Of a stretch of DNA of 64,000 nucleotides, positions 36,549-49,218 are shown one piece after another; the first letter of the stretch is position 1; every line of letters begins with the position of its first letter. A model generated the notes under the pieces. That model had not been told where the DNA came from. It saw nothing but the letters and a program-made list of their open reading frames with translations, and did no database searches. The stretch spans positions 109,616,001 through 109,680,000 of the forward strand of contig NC_043003.1 in assembly GCF_006345805.1 (NCBI RefSeq), given 5' to 3'. The translations under genes and the position numbers were made by a program. This DNA comes from Octopus sinensis (taxonomy: Eukaryota).

Positions 36549-38144
36549 TTGTTGTTGTTGTTGTTATTACTATTATTATTATTGTTATTATTAACGTAAT
36601 ATAAATAAAAAGTGATGTTTCGGTGCGTGACTTTTGGCCCACTATGTGCATACAATAATACATTGATGTATATACGCCATTATGCACATGTATTTACCTC
36701 TGTATATATGCATTAATCCCCTTTTGCATAAGCCTGTAAACATATTTGCACCAAAGCTCATCTTAATATGTCTTTGATAGATCTCACGTCAGTTTTCACA
36801 ATGCCTGTTGCAAGCGTTCGTTCAATGGAATCATTTGTTCATTTTATTGTAGTTTAGTCGAGAATTCCAGAGACACTTCTAGCCTTCCCTGGACGGTGTC
36901 CACACTCACACTCAGTCACAGAGTGTGTATCAAAGAGGAACTTATTGAATGTCATGAGGTTTGAACTGACTCACGACTATAGTGGAATATACTTAAACAA
37001 GGTGAACATAGTAAAATCAAACCTAAAACATTATCACGAATTTAACTTTTAATCATTTGTCCATGACCATGTACTAAATGATGCAACGAATGCTAAAATT
37101 GCATACATTGATTATTACAGTCTTTTGGTAGCATGCAAGGACACATGTGATCGACAAATAACGTTCTGGGGTTGATTCTTCTTTTTCTTCAAAAATTAAG
37201 TACAGATTTAGCTAATAAAATGTGGCATTGCAGTATTTCAGGATTTATTTATTCATGTGGTGACATTTAGACCATAACCGTGATTTGATATTTAGACTGT
37301 TTGCAGATTTATAATTTTTTTCTGCTAGCATGAGGATTTTTTTCAACAATTTGGCTCATCTCTGTATAACGTTTGTTTTTTGAAATCAATAGTGTATTCT
37401 TTCAAACTGTAAAAGAAGCATGATCAAAGTATCGTTGTTTAAATTTTCTTTCATAATATTTAGTTGTAACATGTATATATTAACGTTTATTAAAATTTTA
37501 TACATTTATATATTTCTATATCTTTTACTATTTATATATTATTTTGCATATTCTGCTATGTTCTTCTAACCTAAACCGCACAAGGGAAATAACTTTTCTC
37601 CCCAAAGCAAAATTAATTTACAGTTTATTTTAGGACCAGACTGCACTATTGTATTCTACAAATACGATAACATATATTTCATGATCGATATCTATTGTTT
37701 GATATTTTGGCATTTGCTGGTCATAAAACATGATTATATAAATAATTATATCAATAATGCTTTATTAGAAACAAACTATATCGTACGTATGTTTCATCCA
37801 TTGTATTCAACATTGTAGCTTTTCATGTAAGCAAATAATATTTGTATACATCTGTGCCTTGTATTAAGTGTACAAAATCATATACTAAACACATGATATG
37901 ACTTATAGCATAGTGCATAGTAAAAAAGGAGAGTCCCTTTAACATAAAGGCATTACTGAATCCAAAGATAAGATCACATCTGTCTCTAGCTCCATCGTCC
38001 AACATTTTTCTATCATGCTCTGTGCTGAGCACTTATGATGTATTATCTTTAACAGACTATATATATTTAATATTATCCAGGCAATAACCTCATAACGTGC
38101 ATTTAAAAGCTCCTATATGGTTATCGGGTGCCATATACCATAAT

Positions 38145-38452
38145 GTTTGTTGTTTGTCCCTTCTCGATCCATGCTTGGCTCATAAGGGCCGGTTTCCCGG
38201 TTTCATTGGTTTATAGGTTCCCCACCTAGACGGGACGCTAGTCTGTCTCAGGTGAGCTGCTAGATATAACAGGAGAGAGTGAAAGAAAGTTGTGGCGAAA
38301 GAGTCAGCAGAAGTTCGCCATTACTTTCTGCCGGAGTCGTGTGGAGCTTAGGTGTTTCGCTCATAAACACACACACCGCCTGGTCTGAGATTCGAAGCTG
38401 CGATCTCTTGACCGCAAGTCCGCTGTTCTAACTACTAGGCCATGGCGTCTCC
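38145..38452 (-). mobile_element. tRNA(Arg)-derived SINE, head/core H1 with tail T4
   Basis: Minus strand: gagacgccatggcctagtagttagaacagcggacttgcggtc..ttcgaatctcagacc..gagcgaaacacctaagctccac, then the T4 tail ending (AAC). Confidence 0.85.
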
Positions 38453-38508
38453 ACTTATGCCATAGTACACCAGGGTTATTGCTTTTACTGGATATACATG
38501 CAGAACTC

Positions 38509-38922
38509 ATAAACCAAGAAAATGGAATAAACAGGTTTTAATTACAAAACCCAACAATTGTTTCTATGCAGTGGTAACAGCTGTTAGTTGCTGTCTTTCA
38601 TATCATACTGTTATATAAATTATAAATTATATTATGAATAATTTTATAAATAATTCATAAATAATTACATAAATAAAATCCAGCAGCAGCTATGTACCAG
38701 CATATCATCGGGTGAATTGCCTTGATAACACTGCTATCAAAGCAACTCACCTCAGGACGTGCCGGTCACAGCTGGTGTTGGATCATGCTTATTTATGTAA
38801 TTGTTTATAAAATAATTTACGTAAAAGCATATGGAAAACTCAGCAAGAAACAGCTGTTATTACTGAACAGAAACAATTGTGTTTCGTAATTAGAACCTGT
38901 TCATTCCATCTTCTTAGTTTAT
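38509..38922. mobile_element. Fold-back (whole-element palindrome) MITE, about 414 bp
   Basis: Left arm ataaaccaagaaaatggaataaacaggttttaattac.. pairs with the reverse complement of the right arm (ataaactaagaagatggaatgaacaggttctaattac..). Pairing continues to the centre GGTGAaTTGCcTTGATA-acactgc-TATCAAaGCAAcTCACC (38711-38751). Confidence 0.85.
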
Positions 38923-39074
38923 ATACATACATATATATATATATATATAGATAGAGAGATAGATAGATAGATAGATAAATAGATATGTATGTGTGTGTGT
39001 GCGCGTCTACTGTTGTATTGAATACTAAATTTTCGTTGGTGCAAACATCTTTTTTATTTGAACTCTTCAACCTG

Positions 39075-39144
<70 letters not shown>

Positions 39145-39744
39145 TGCAGTAATTAGTTTTATCTGACAGGTATACGATGCACTGTGTGACGCATCGTTAT
39201 TTCTCACTTTTGAACCGTTGTTTGCAAATTATAAAATTTAATTTTATTTCTATGAAAAATAAAAGAACATATAAAAAGAGCTATTAGTACCTATCTATTT
39301 ACTAAAATGGCGCTGAGATAAATAATCGAGTATTTGATCATTTTTTAAAGTTTTATATTCGGGATTTCAAGGTCTGTTGGGATCGATTCTCTTTATTTTT
39401 GATCACCAATAAACTTTTCATACTATTTATCATCTAGGGAGTGAAATCTAATGCAAGTGAAAGAGGAGGGCTCTTTGTAGTTCATCCACATGCGAGAAAT
39501 AGCAGTCACATTTCCCTCCAATCATATTCAACTGTATTAAAATATAGAGAGAAACGTTTCGATAACAATTCTTGATATCATTTCAAAAACGAGGCGCTGA
39601 AGGGAGGGATGTCTTTGACTGTAGGTCTGGTACAAGAGTTAACATGGGGATAAACAACAAAATTTCGAAAGTGAAAGCTGATTCTGGTAGAATTTGAACG
39701 CAGAAAGCTTTATATATTCCTGTATTGGTTTCAAGCTTTGGTAC

Positions 39745-39948
39745 GAGGACAGCAGGTTTGGGAGAGGTGTTATGTCGAGTAAATCAATTCCAGTGTTAGC
39801 GTCTAACTGGAACTTATTTTTGTCGAATCTGATAGCAGCAAAGGTAAAGTCGACTTCGTCGGAATTTGAACTCAGAACGCGATGTCGGACGAAATGCCGC
39901 TAAGCATTTTGTTCGGTGTGCTAACAATTCCGCCAGATTGCCGCCTTA
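39745..39948 (-). mobile_element. Diverged Nin/Deu-domain SINE
   Basis: ggtaaagtcgacttcgtcggaatttgaactcagaacgc..gacgaaatgccgctaagcatttt..gtgctaacaattccgccag. Confidence 0.75.
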
Positions 39949-40971
39949 CTTTATATATATATATATATTACCTATCGTTATCAAGATTTGGTTAAAAGGA
40001 GGCCTGCTGTTTCTGAAATATCTCTCTATGTGGGCGTATATTAAGATTGCAAAGGTATGCCTGTATAAAAGTGTGTGTGTGTGTGTGTGTGTGTGAACAG
40101 TCAGTCAGAATGTGTGCGTGTGAATGTGTGCTGATTTTTTTTTATCACTGAGTGACTCAGTATACACTCACAGAAGCTTACACGATAAGTATGTATATGC
40201 CTACGTGTATATATGTATACGTATACGCAACTATGCGTATGTGTGTGTGTAATATGTACATGCGTGTGTTGTGTGTATGTGCATGTGTAAGATATAATGT
40301 GCGCTTTATCATATGATAAAGACAGCTTGTCTTAAGCACTAAAGGGTGGCACAGATATGTATATACACCACTCTCCACCTCTCCCATACCCCGTTGCTAT
40401 AACTCCTGCTTCTATTCCCACTGCTACCATCACAAGTAACAGCAGCAGTACCACCACCACCACCACTACCACCACCACCACCACCACCACCACCACCAAT
40501 ACCACTACCACCACCACCACCACGACCACCATCAACATCATCACCTCTGTTACCATAAATCCCACCACCTAACTATGCTTGCTATATCCATCTTCATCAT
40601 CTAAGGTTCCATCATTATCAGCGCAATTCTTGAAACTACCTACATCCTCCTCCTCCCTCCCTCCCTCCTCTTCACCACCATCATCATCATCTTAATGGAA
40701 AGTACTATCACCGCCATTACACCAAAACCATCACCGCTAGCCAACACACGCACCAGTGTGTCTTTACGCGGTCAATGAACTTGCTAGAAATAGTAGCCAA
40801 ATTTCTTTTCAATCTACACCTTGCTCCCTTCGAAAGAACACTTTAAAGGAGCGGTACAGTGTTTCTCAACCAAATTTACCTATGGATTCCTTTGATTGCT
40901 GTTTTACTCTATCGGTCTCTCCCTCACACCTATTCAATGTTTTAAAAAGTCCTATTATATTATTATTCTCT

Positions 40972-41228
40972 TACGCTTTTACTTGTTTCAGTCATTTGAC
41001 TGTGGCCATGCTGGAGCACCGCCTTTAGTCGAACAAATCGACCCCCAGGACTTATTCTTTGTAAACCTAGTACTTATTCTATCGGATTTCTTTTACCGAA
41101 CCGCTAGGTTACGGGGACGTAAACACACCAGCATCGGTTGTCAAGTGATGTTGGGGGGGACAAACACAGACACATAAACATATATACACACACATACATT
41201 CATATATATATATATATTATATATATAT

Positions 41229-41299
<71 letters not shown>

Positions 41300-41467
41300 G
41301 TATGCATATATATGACGGGCTTCTTTCAGTTTCCGTCTACCAAATCCACTTACAAGGCTTTGGTCGGCCCGAGGCTATAGTAGAAGGCACTTGCTCAAGG
41401 TACCAAGCAGTGGGACTGAACCCGGGACTATGTGGTTCGTGAGCAAGCCACACAGCCACCCCTACGC
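40972..41467 (-). mobile_element. Full-length H2 microsatellite-containing SINE
   Basis: Reverse complement of the 19393 family from the head (gcgtagggg.tggctgtgtgg) to the tail (gactgaaacaagtaaaagcgtaagag), with about 150 bp of internal (TA)n. Confidence 0.9.
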
Positions 41468-41601
41468 AAAAAAAAACAAACATATTTTGTGTATTGTTGA
41501 AATAGAGCCAATTTATTGCATGCAAATTCTAACATCAAAATCTTATATGGACCCCTGAGGATCATGTAAATCATGGGTAAGAACCACTGCTTTAGAATCT
41601 A

Positions 41602-41877
41602 AAGTGTCCTCAACCGGGGTCCATATGGTTCTTGGGGATTCATATAAGATTTTCTTGTTGAAGTTTATGCGCAATAAATTGTTTCTACTTCAAAAATTCT
41701 CAAAATATTTCAACAGTTTCTTTTATACAATTCCTAATAATATTCAATTATTAGAATAAATATAATTGGGTTTTATTGGAACATCGAATGGCCAAGGTGG
41801 GGGGGGGGGGCGGGGGGGCAGTAGAATAGAACAGGAATCAAAGGGTCCATAGGTAAAATAATGGTTGAGACCCTCTG
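41602..41877. mobile_element. hAT-like MITE, with a partial inverted copy at about 41535-41589
   Basis: Termini aagtgtcctcaacc and ggttgagaccctctg resemble cagtggttctcaacc-type TIRs. No clean TSD. Confidence 0.45.
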
Positions 41878-43325
41878 CTTTAGATAACGTTGTTCTGTAA
41901 ATACTAAGCCTCTAAAACAGATGGCATGGTCACGGCGGATTTAAATTTGTTCATTGGTGTACTCGGTCGACGCTGGCCTTGGGCTAAACAGCAGCTTTAT
42001 CTCTCCACCACCAATACCATTGCATTTAGCCTCACCATCAACAACACAGTTATCACCTCTATCTACACTCATTCGTCGTCACCATCATTGCTACCATTCA
42101 TTATTACAACCATTATTACTACCACCATAACCTTTATCATCATCATCACCACCACACCACCATCACCTTCACTACTATTCCTACAACTTTTATACCATCA
42201 GCACCACCACTGCCATCACTTCCACCACAACCACTACCCTCTTTCCTACCCCCCACCACCACCACCAAAACCACCACGACCACCACCACATTCACTACTG
42301 CTATCACTGCAATCCTTACCACCACCACCACCACCACCACCAACACCACCTCCACCAGCAGCAGAAAGAACATATTTTCGTTGAGGAATGAAGAGGATGG
42401 GATGGATACTGATGAAGCACAACAGATTGAGAAGGGGAGAAAACTGAAACAGCACCAGAGGGAGAGAGAGAGAGAGAGGGGGAAGAAGGAGGAGTGGGAC
42501 TCGTAGAGAAAGACATAAAGAACGACAAGGAGAAAGAGTAATCGTATGGGAAGAGTGAGTGAGAACGAAAGAAAAAAGGATGAAGTTAATCTGTGTGCTG
42601 CTTCTTTCTGAAGCTCGTAATGACGGGGGTGGAGGGGGTGTATCTGCCGGTGGTAGAGTTATTATTAATGTGAGTAGTTGCAGTGCACAGGCCTAAATTT
42701 CGAGGCCTTGTGCCTATAATAGAAAAGATTACGATGGCTGTGACGGTGGTGGATGTAGTGATAATGATGCTGCTGTTGTTGATCTGACCTATGTTCAAAG
42801 GCATTCCTCCTGTGGCCGTCTAGCCTTTTTTTGCTTTATAAGACTACATCATCTAACGTTTCATTTACTTTAACAAGACGCTATGGTGTGATTTGAGGCT
42901 GATTTGGTTGTTACTTCTATTAAGTCAAGCAACCAGGTAGAGTTTCATATTATTTGCTCATAACATTTCTGTTGTTGGTTACCCCACCTACCACGATCCC
43001 GATGAACCTGGTTTAAGCAGAACCATGATTCCACATATTTTAGGTACACTACACCCAGAAAGCATTATTTTTGTTCTTTCTTTGCCTAATACGTCAAAAA
43101 AGGGGTATTTTGCTGTTGTTCCTCTCGAGTGTAGTAATAGTGGTGGTGTTATTATTCAACCTTAGGTCAGCTCTGATTTACAAGACCTGTGATCAAAGTT
43201 ATCCCAGACGTGGCTGTCCTGTCTTTTTCATAAGTAAGCAACGATAACAAGCGTTAGTAATTACCTAATAAATTATTAAAAACCCTTATAGTGTTTTGTC
43301 TACTTATAGTACCATAGTATTAGAG

Positions 43326-45328
43326 CAGAGGCACGCAACATATTTCATTGGCGGGCCACTTTCGAACATTGGAACAACAATTGGGGCCAGTCACCGTCAA
43401 AAATATGCGATCTAATGGCAACTAGTGTATTGAGTCATGAATACATTTTTAAACAATAAAGACAAAATAAAGTTTAGTTTTATGGTGAGCCTTGTTATTT
43501 TAGGTTTTTGTGCAATTTATCAATGTCCACTTTGACTGATGAGGTGGCAACTCGAAGCTGACTGGTCAGATGTTCCTCTATGAGCTGACTTCGGTATCTG
43601 TTTCTAGTCAATTTCATTCTTGACAAGAACTGCGCACATGTGCTGCCAAAACCAGGGATGTCATTTTTCTAGCATGTTGCTCCAAATTTGGATGCTTTCC
43701 ACGTACATAATTTTTGTAGCAAGTTACCAGTCATTGCTATCATATACTCTTCTCAAGTCTATGTCAAACTAAATGTATCAGCTCCATTTGCCACCAGTCA
43801 GGATTGTCCTCAGGTGCTATGTCAAATGGATGAGAAAACGCAGTTTCACATTTCCTGAAATCAGCAAATCTGCTTGTAAATTCAGCACACAACTTGCCAA
43901 CACTTTCAGCAAGTGGAACAATCTAAATCTAGCATTTCTGCTTTTCTGTGAGCTAAACTGGGAAATGAGTGGATGCTGTTCTACTCAGCTGAATCTGAAA
44001 AAGTCGTAGTTTCTCTTCAAAGGAAGAAAGTGTTCAAACATCTTGTTCACCAGCTGACTTTTACCTTGCAGTTTAATATTTAAATCTGAAAGATACTGTA
44101 TTATGTCAGTTGGGAAAGCAATGTCATTTAACCAGTCACCATCATTTAAATAAGGAATATCTTGTTGTCTATTTATTATGAATAATCCAATTTCCTTTCT
44201 TAGACTCCAAAATCTTTTCCAAGTAGCAGCTCTACTGAACCAAAGCACTGCAGAGAATTACACAATATCAGGATAATCCGAGTAAAGTTCTTCTAAGAAG
44301 GCCTTAAATTGCTGATGATTTAGTCCTCGAGCACGAATGTAATTCACACATTGAACAACATTTTTCATAACATCAGTAAAGCCGAGTACTTTTCTGCACA
44401 AGCTTTTCTGGTGTATAACGTTGTGATTCACCACAGCCTCTTGCAAACAGATGGTATTCAAAAATTTCTTGGTTCTACCTGTCATTGATACTACCTGTCA
44501 TTGAGGGTACCCCATCAGTTGTCAGGCCACACAGTTTAGGAGGGTCAAGTTGAAACTTCACCATCAACTTCAAGATTTGTTCACTAATGTCTTCTCCAGT
44601 GGTTGTTGAAGATACACTGGCCATGTCCAAAAATTCATCTTTTAATTCAAAACCTTTAGTAACTCCTCGTACAAACGCAACCAATTGTTCAGTGTCACTT
44701 AACATCTGTGCTTTCATCAAGAGCCAAAAAATATGCTGCACATCTATTTATCCTCTCCTTTAAAGTCTTTTCGATATTTTCTGCAAGTTGATTTATTCTG
44801 TGTGACATAGTAAAACGAGACATACTGGTTTGCTGTAATAAATGTTTCGTTTCGGGACATGCAAAATTAGTAAATATGCCCAAGCAAGTTATCATGAATT
44901 CTCCATCACTGAAGGGTTTCCCCTTTTCTGCGATTGATTCATAGATTTTGAAGCTAAGCTTTGTTACAAGCTCAGAGTCTTTCTTATATGTAAATTCTCC
45001 TTGTTGCTTCTTAATTGACTTGGTCATCTGTTCTAATTAGTCCACTTGAGCTTGACCTACCAAGTCTCACATTAATAAAACTAAACTTTATTTTATTCAT
45101 CTTCATTGTTTAAAATGAATAAATTCAAAAAAATTTGTCTTTGCGTAGCACGCATGAAAGCCAAAAATGCAACGTCCTTAACTTTTTGTAAGGTCGAATT
45201 TGTCTTGCGGCCACGAGAAAAAAAATCGAAATTAGCGTACGAGGTAAAAAAAATAAAAGCAGTTAGCGAGGGCTGACTGGCTTGGCGGGCTGGATTGTGG
45301 CCCGCAGGCACCCTGATGCACACCCCTG
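43326..45328 (-). mobile_element. Decayed hAT transposon, Charlie/Buster (GTF2IRD2-like transposase) type, about 2.0 kb, N-terminal part deleted
   Basis: ORF pieces 'KGKPFSDGEF..RFTMSHRI..YFLALDESTD', 'QLVAFVRGV..EFLDM..TTTGEDI..GLTTDGVPSMTG', 'HNVIHQKSLC..VVQCVNYIRARGLNHQQF', 'W.DIAFPTDI..L..LNIKLQG'. TIRs cagaggcacgcaac and (rc) caggggtgtgcatc. Flanks tattagag (43318-43325) and tattaaag (45329-45336) match 7/8 with a central TA. Confidence 0.92.
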
Positions 45329-47025
45329 TATTAAAGAATATATTTGTAAATCTATAAATATATTTATAGGTAACACTCTATGTATGAACAGATGTACACA
45401 CCTGGTCAGTATACACATTGTCTTCCTGCACAGTAAAACGAAATCAGCCAAACTAGTTTCCCTCCTGTTATAGGATTTCATCAGACAAGAGGTTTATATC
45501 TAGTCGTAGATATTGTTTTGGCTAGACATTTTAGAATATCTCCTATAGAACAGTATATAGCATTGAAACAAAATTTTATCAACACGTCTGTGATTTATGA
45601 ATCGAGCTAGTTTTCAAGAATATGTTTTCAATGCATATTGGTCCATCTAATTTTATTAGCGGGTTTTATTTCTGTAGGCATATACAGAAAGCGTTCGCAA
45701 CCGGAAAAATATATAATATAGTACAGTATACATCAAATGGATAATAGGCCGCTAGTAAGTTAAGATGGCATCGCAGTTGTTGGTTATAAAAATAAACGAA
45801 AATCAAGCAAGAATCAAACAAAAAGCAATATTGCCATCGTTAATTTACACCGTTAATAAGACCAACCAATAAGCGGCCATGGTCGGACCTCAACTCAGTA
45901 GCTCGACCTGCTAGGAATAAAGCCAAATCCCCTTCAACTCACTAGTTTATTTTTTCTGAGGCGATGGGGTTTGTCTTTTTCCTTACCTTTAAAAAAATTT
46001 TTTAAATTTCCACTTGTGAGCCAATAAGAAATACCCCTTCTGGTTACTTGACCTACTAGAAATAGCAACCAAATATCTATTAAGTGATACTCTTCTCTCT
46101 TAAAAAGTAGTATAATGCATTCTGGGATACACATTGACTCAAAAAAGATAGGATCATCGAGGCTAAAGTGCTTATAATCATAGGTTTGCTTGATTGGGGT
46201 GACTTTAGGCTAAAATAAAACTTCTTATGTAACAATAAATAGTGAACTGCTTCATAGATTTAAATCATTAAAGGATGAAAACTGTAAAAAGAGAACAAAA
46301 ATTAATGTTGTTTAAATTAATTTTAAAGTTAGTAGTTTTACCCCCTCTTTTACTGGTGCTGCGGTACCACCTTTTCTGAGGCGATGGGGTGTGATTTTAG
46401 GAAGAATTGGTTGTTACTGTTAGCAAATCGAGTGATGTTTTGGTGCTATAATGTCACTATTGTTTGTACTACTGTTACTATTGAATGTAAGCGAGATTTA
46501 GCAGAGCAACGGATGGAAGAAAGACAAAAGGCTTAATTAACTGAATAAAGGCAAGCATGCGAAATCTCTTTTGGTCTTTCGTTTTCATTCAGGCAAACAA
46601 GAATGGCTGACCTGCCAGTATTATTCAAACCATGATTCAATAACTGCGAATATTATTTACATGAAATTATTGGCATTGAACAATTGCAACACACACACAC
46701 ACACACACACACACATTAATGATTTGCTTAGGCATAACGATACTAATAACATGGCGTGAGAACTCGATATACATATGATTCGGAATAAAGCGTTGGTTGA
46801 GTATAATTGAGCGTAATAGGAAATTGAATAAATGACAAAGGAACAGGAAACTTCGCTTGAACTTCATTGGCGTACATCTGTTTCTGCTCTAAGGCGCAGT
46901 ACACTCAAAGCTGAGTGCTTGTCCATCATCTTACAGCTTCCTCAGAACGTATAGCACAGTATAGCAGAAACAGCCATTAGCTAATGAAGTTGGTTGCATA
47001 TTTTCCAGTCCATTTATCATTTATA

Positions 47026-47065
<40 letters not shown>

Positions 47066-47573
47066 AATAATAAAAGGGTAAAGTTAATTAATTATTAATT
47101 ATTTAATTGATCTCTATATCCAACTAATCCAGAAACGGCGTTCTCAAGTAATCGATGTACGTGTGATCTTTCGTTATTTTTCCCTCTTTACTTGCGTGAA
47201 TTATTTTTGAGTATACATTGTCTAGGAGATTTTTCTTATTGTAGAGGAAATAGCTAAAAATTCATGGCTGCTATCTCTAAAAGTTCGGTGTGTGGTAAAG
47301 TAAATTATTTTACTGAACCCTAATTATATAACGTATATATATATATATATATATATATAACGTATATATATAACGTATATATATATATATATATATATAA
47401 TGTGTTCGTGTGTGAAGAGTTAACAGATGTTTGTGAGTGGCAAGTGTAAACATATGTAAACATATCCTGTTATTCTCTACGCGAAGCGAACAACAGATTG
47501 TATTTACCTTTGCTCACATTCTTTTCCGTAGGCGTTAAAAAATTGTCGTTTAGCTATATTTTTTTAATGATAT

Positions 47574-47688
<115 letters not shown>

Positions 47689-47789
47689 ATCCATCTATCT
47701 ATCTATCTACCTATCTATCTGTCTGTCTGTCTGTATGATAAGTGCATGTATATAACACATACACATATTGCCTTACATTAATACGCTAT

Positions 47790-48620
47790 ATGCATTTGCA
47801 AAGATAGGTAAAAATAGACAGAGAGCGATTTTGATTAAAGAAGTGATTAACGCAATTAGTGGTAGATATTTTAAAGCTATTCACTAAAGTTAGTTTGTTA
47901 CGGAACATCGGCTCTAGTATGGAATTTTTGGAGACAAGAAGGAAATTTGGACAATGTGTTTGATTTTTGTACACTATATATTAATTTAGATTTAAAATTA
48001 AGATGGGAATATTTAAATTAATAGATTTAGTGACTGTATTTCAATTAAACATAGAGAGGACTTCATGTTTAATGAGTTAAAAAAGTTAAGCTTGTTTTAA
48101 AATAATGCATACGTTTCCTTAGCGAGTAAAGTATTCAGGCAAGTTAGAGGCATGGTGGATATTTGCTGTCCTTCGTTAACCAACATGTACTTTGTCTCAA
48201 CTGAAGTGAATTTTCTTATGGGTTTATAGCAAAGAAAATTAGACAGATTAGTAGCTGTTGTAGATAATTAGATGGTATTTCCGTTCCAAATTATAGCTTC
48301 CTTGAATATTTATAATTAAAAATTTTCTCAGGCATTTGAGGCTAGTAGGATTGGTAAGGATGTTAATCATATTACTTATCTGAAACATTTCAGTTGAGAT
48401 TTGTAAATGATCTAGAGTTACTAAGGTGTACAATTAGACTAGCGAGTTTAATTTTCAAGCAGCAACGCCTTAGGCGGATAATTGCACGCTTTTGATGTTT
48501 GCTGCACAAATAGTAAGATTTGGAAAAGTAACTAATAGGAAAGAACTACCGTTTACTAATAAACCTATTGGGTATAAATTTAAGCAAAATTTTTTATGTT
48601 AAATGATTAGCAGGCAACTT
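47790..48620 (+). pseudogene. Decayed Penelope-like reverse transcriptase, Naiad-type (C-terminal RT), palm and thumb
   Basis: 'NNAYVSLASKVFRQVRGMVDICCPSLTNMYFVSTEVNFL' aligns to DNIFV.FG..VFRQ.IGIPMGTNCAPLLADLFLYSYEAEF. AGA TAA TTA GAT GGT ATT (about 48262) is a mutated RYLDDI. 'TKVYN*TSEFNF' matches TKLYDKRDDFNF and 'AQIVRFGKV' matches SQLIRYAR. Not in the ORF track. Confidence 0.75.
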
Positions 48621-49100
48621 AATTGTAGCTTCGGTTTACACAATGATCTTTTAAATATATTCGGTGTGAAATTGAGATGCAAACTTGAAGCTTAGAGTGA
48701 TATTGTTACTGTTTAAACTTAAGAACGTTGACTTATTGGTTAGAATCTTTTCTTAGCTTGTTTATATAGATTGATGTTTATGGTGAAGAAGTGTACATAA
48801 ATTATACAAACACACCAAACCTTCACGAACAGGCAAAGGCAAATCAGGAAGAGAGTGTTAGTGGTGATGCCACAAATTTGAACAGAATTTTGAAGATATG
48901 CCAAACTGCCTTTAAAGCCCAAGTTAAAGCAATACGTAAAATTTAATAAAGTGTTTGTCCAACAGAATTTAAAGTTAAGAATTAAAATTTAGGAAGGCGT
49001 CGGTTATGAGGCTAGTAGGATTACTATATATACACGTATGTGTATGTATATTTATATCTATCTATCTATCTATATCTATCTATCTATCTATCTATCTATA

Positions 49101-49218
<118 letters not shown>

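Larger units (their letters stand above)
35381..36644. mobile_element. MITE (Tc1/mariner-like termini) inflated by nested insertions
   Basis: 22-bp TIRs cagtgggtcaaaagtcacgcac (35381-35402) and gtgcgtgacttttggcccacta (36623-36644), 20/22 identical. The interior holds two Nin SINEs, (AAT)n arrays and a HINE-like element. Confidence 0.7.

Noticed and set aside
42360-42540. Acidic/charged open frame (KNIFSLRNEEDGMDTDEAQQIEK...)
   Set aside because: It is a purine-rich low-complexity tract flanked by (ACC)n, which is stop-poor by composition.
43537-43560. CTGATGAG..CGAAG hammerhead-like core
   Set aside because: Stem II does not pair, GAAG replaces GAAA, and it lies on the antisense strand of hAT coding sequence.
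47790-48620. Selenocysteine recoding in the Naiad relic
   Set aside because: The in-frame stops within the aligned motif blocks are TAA/TAG, not TGA, and there are frameshifts. This is ordinary decay.
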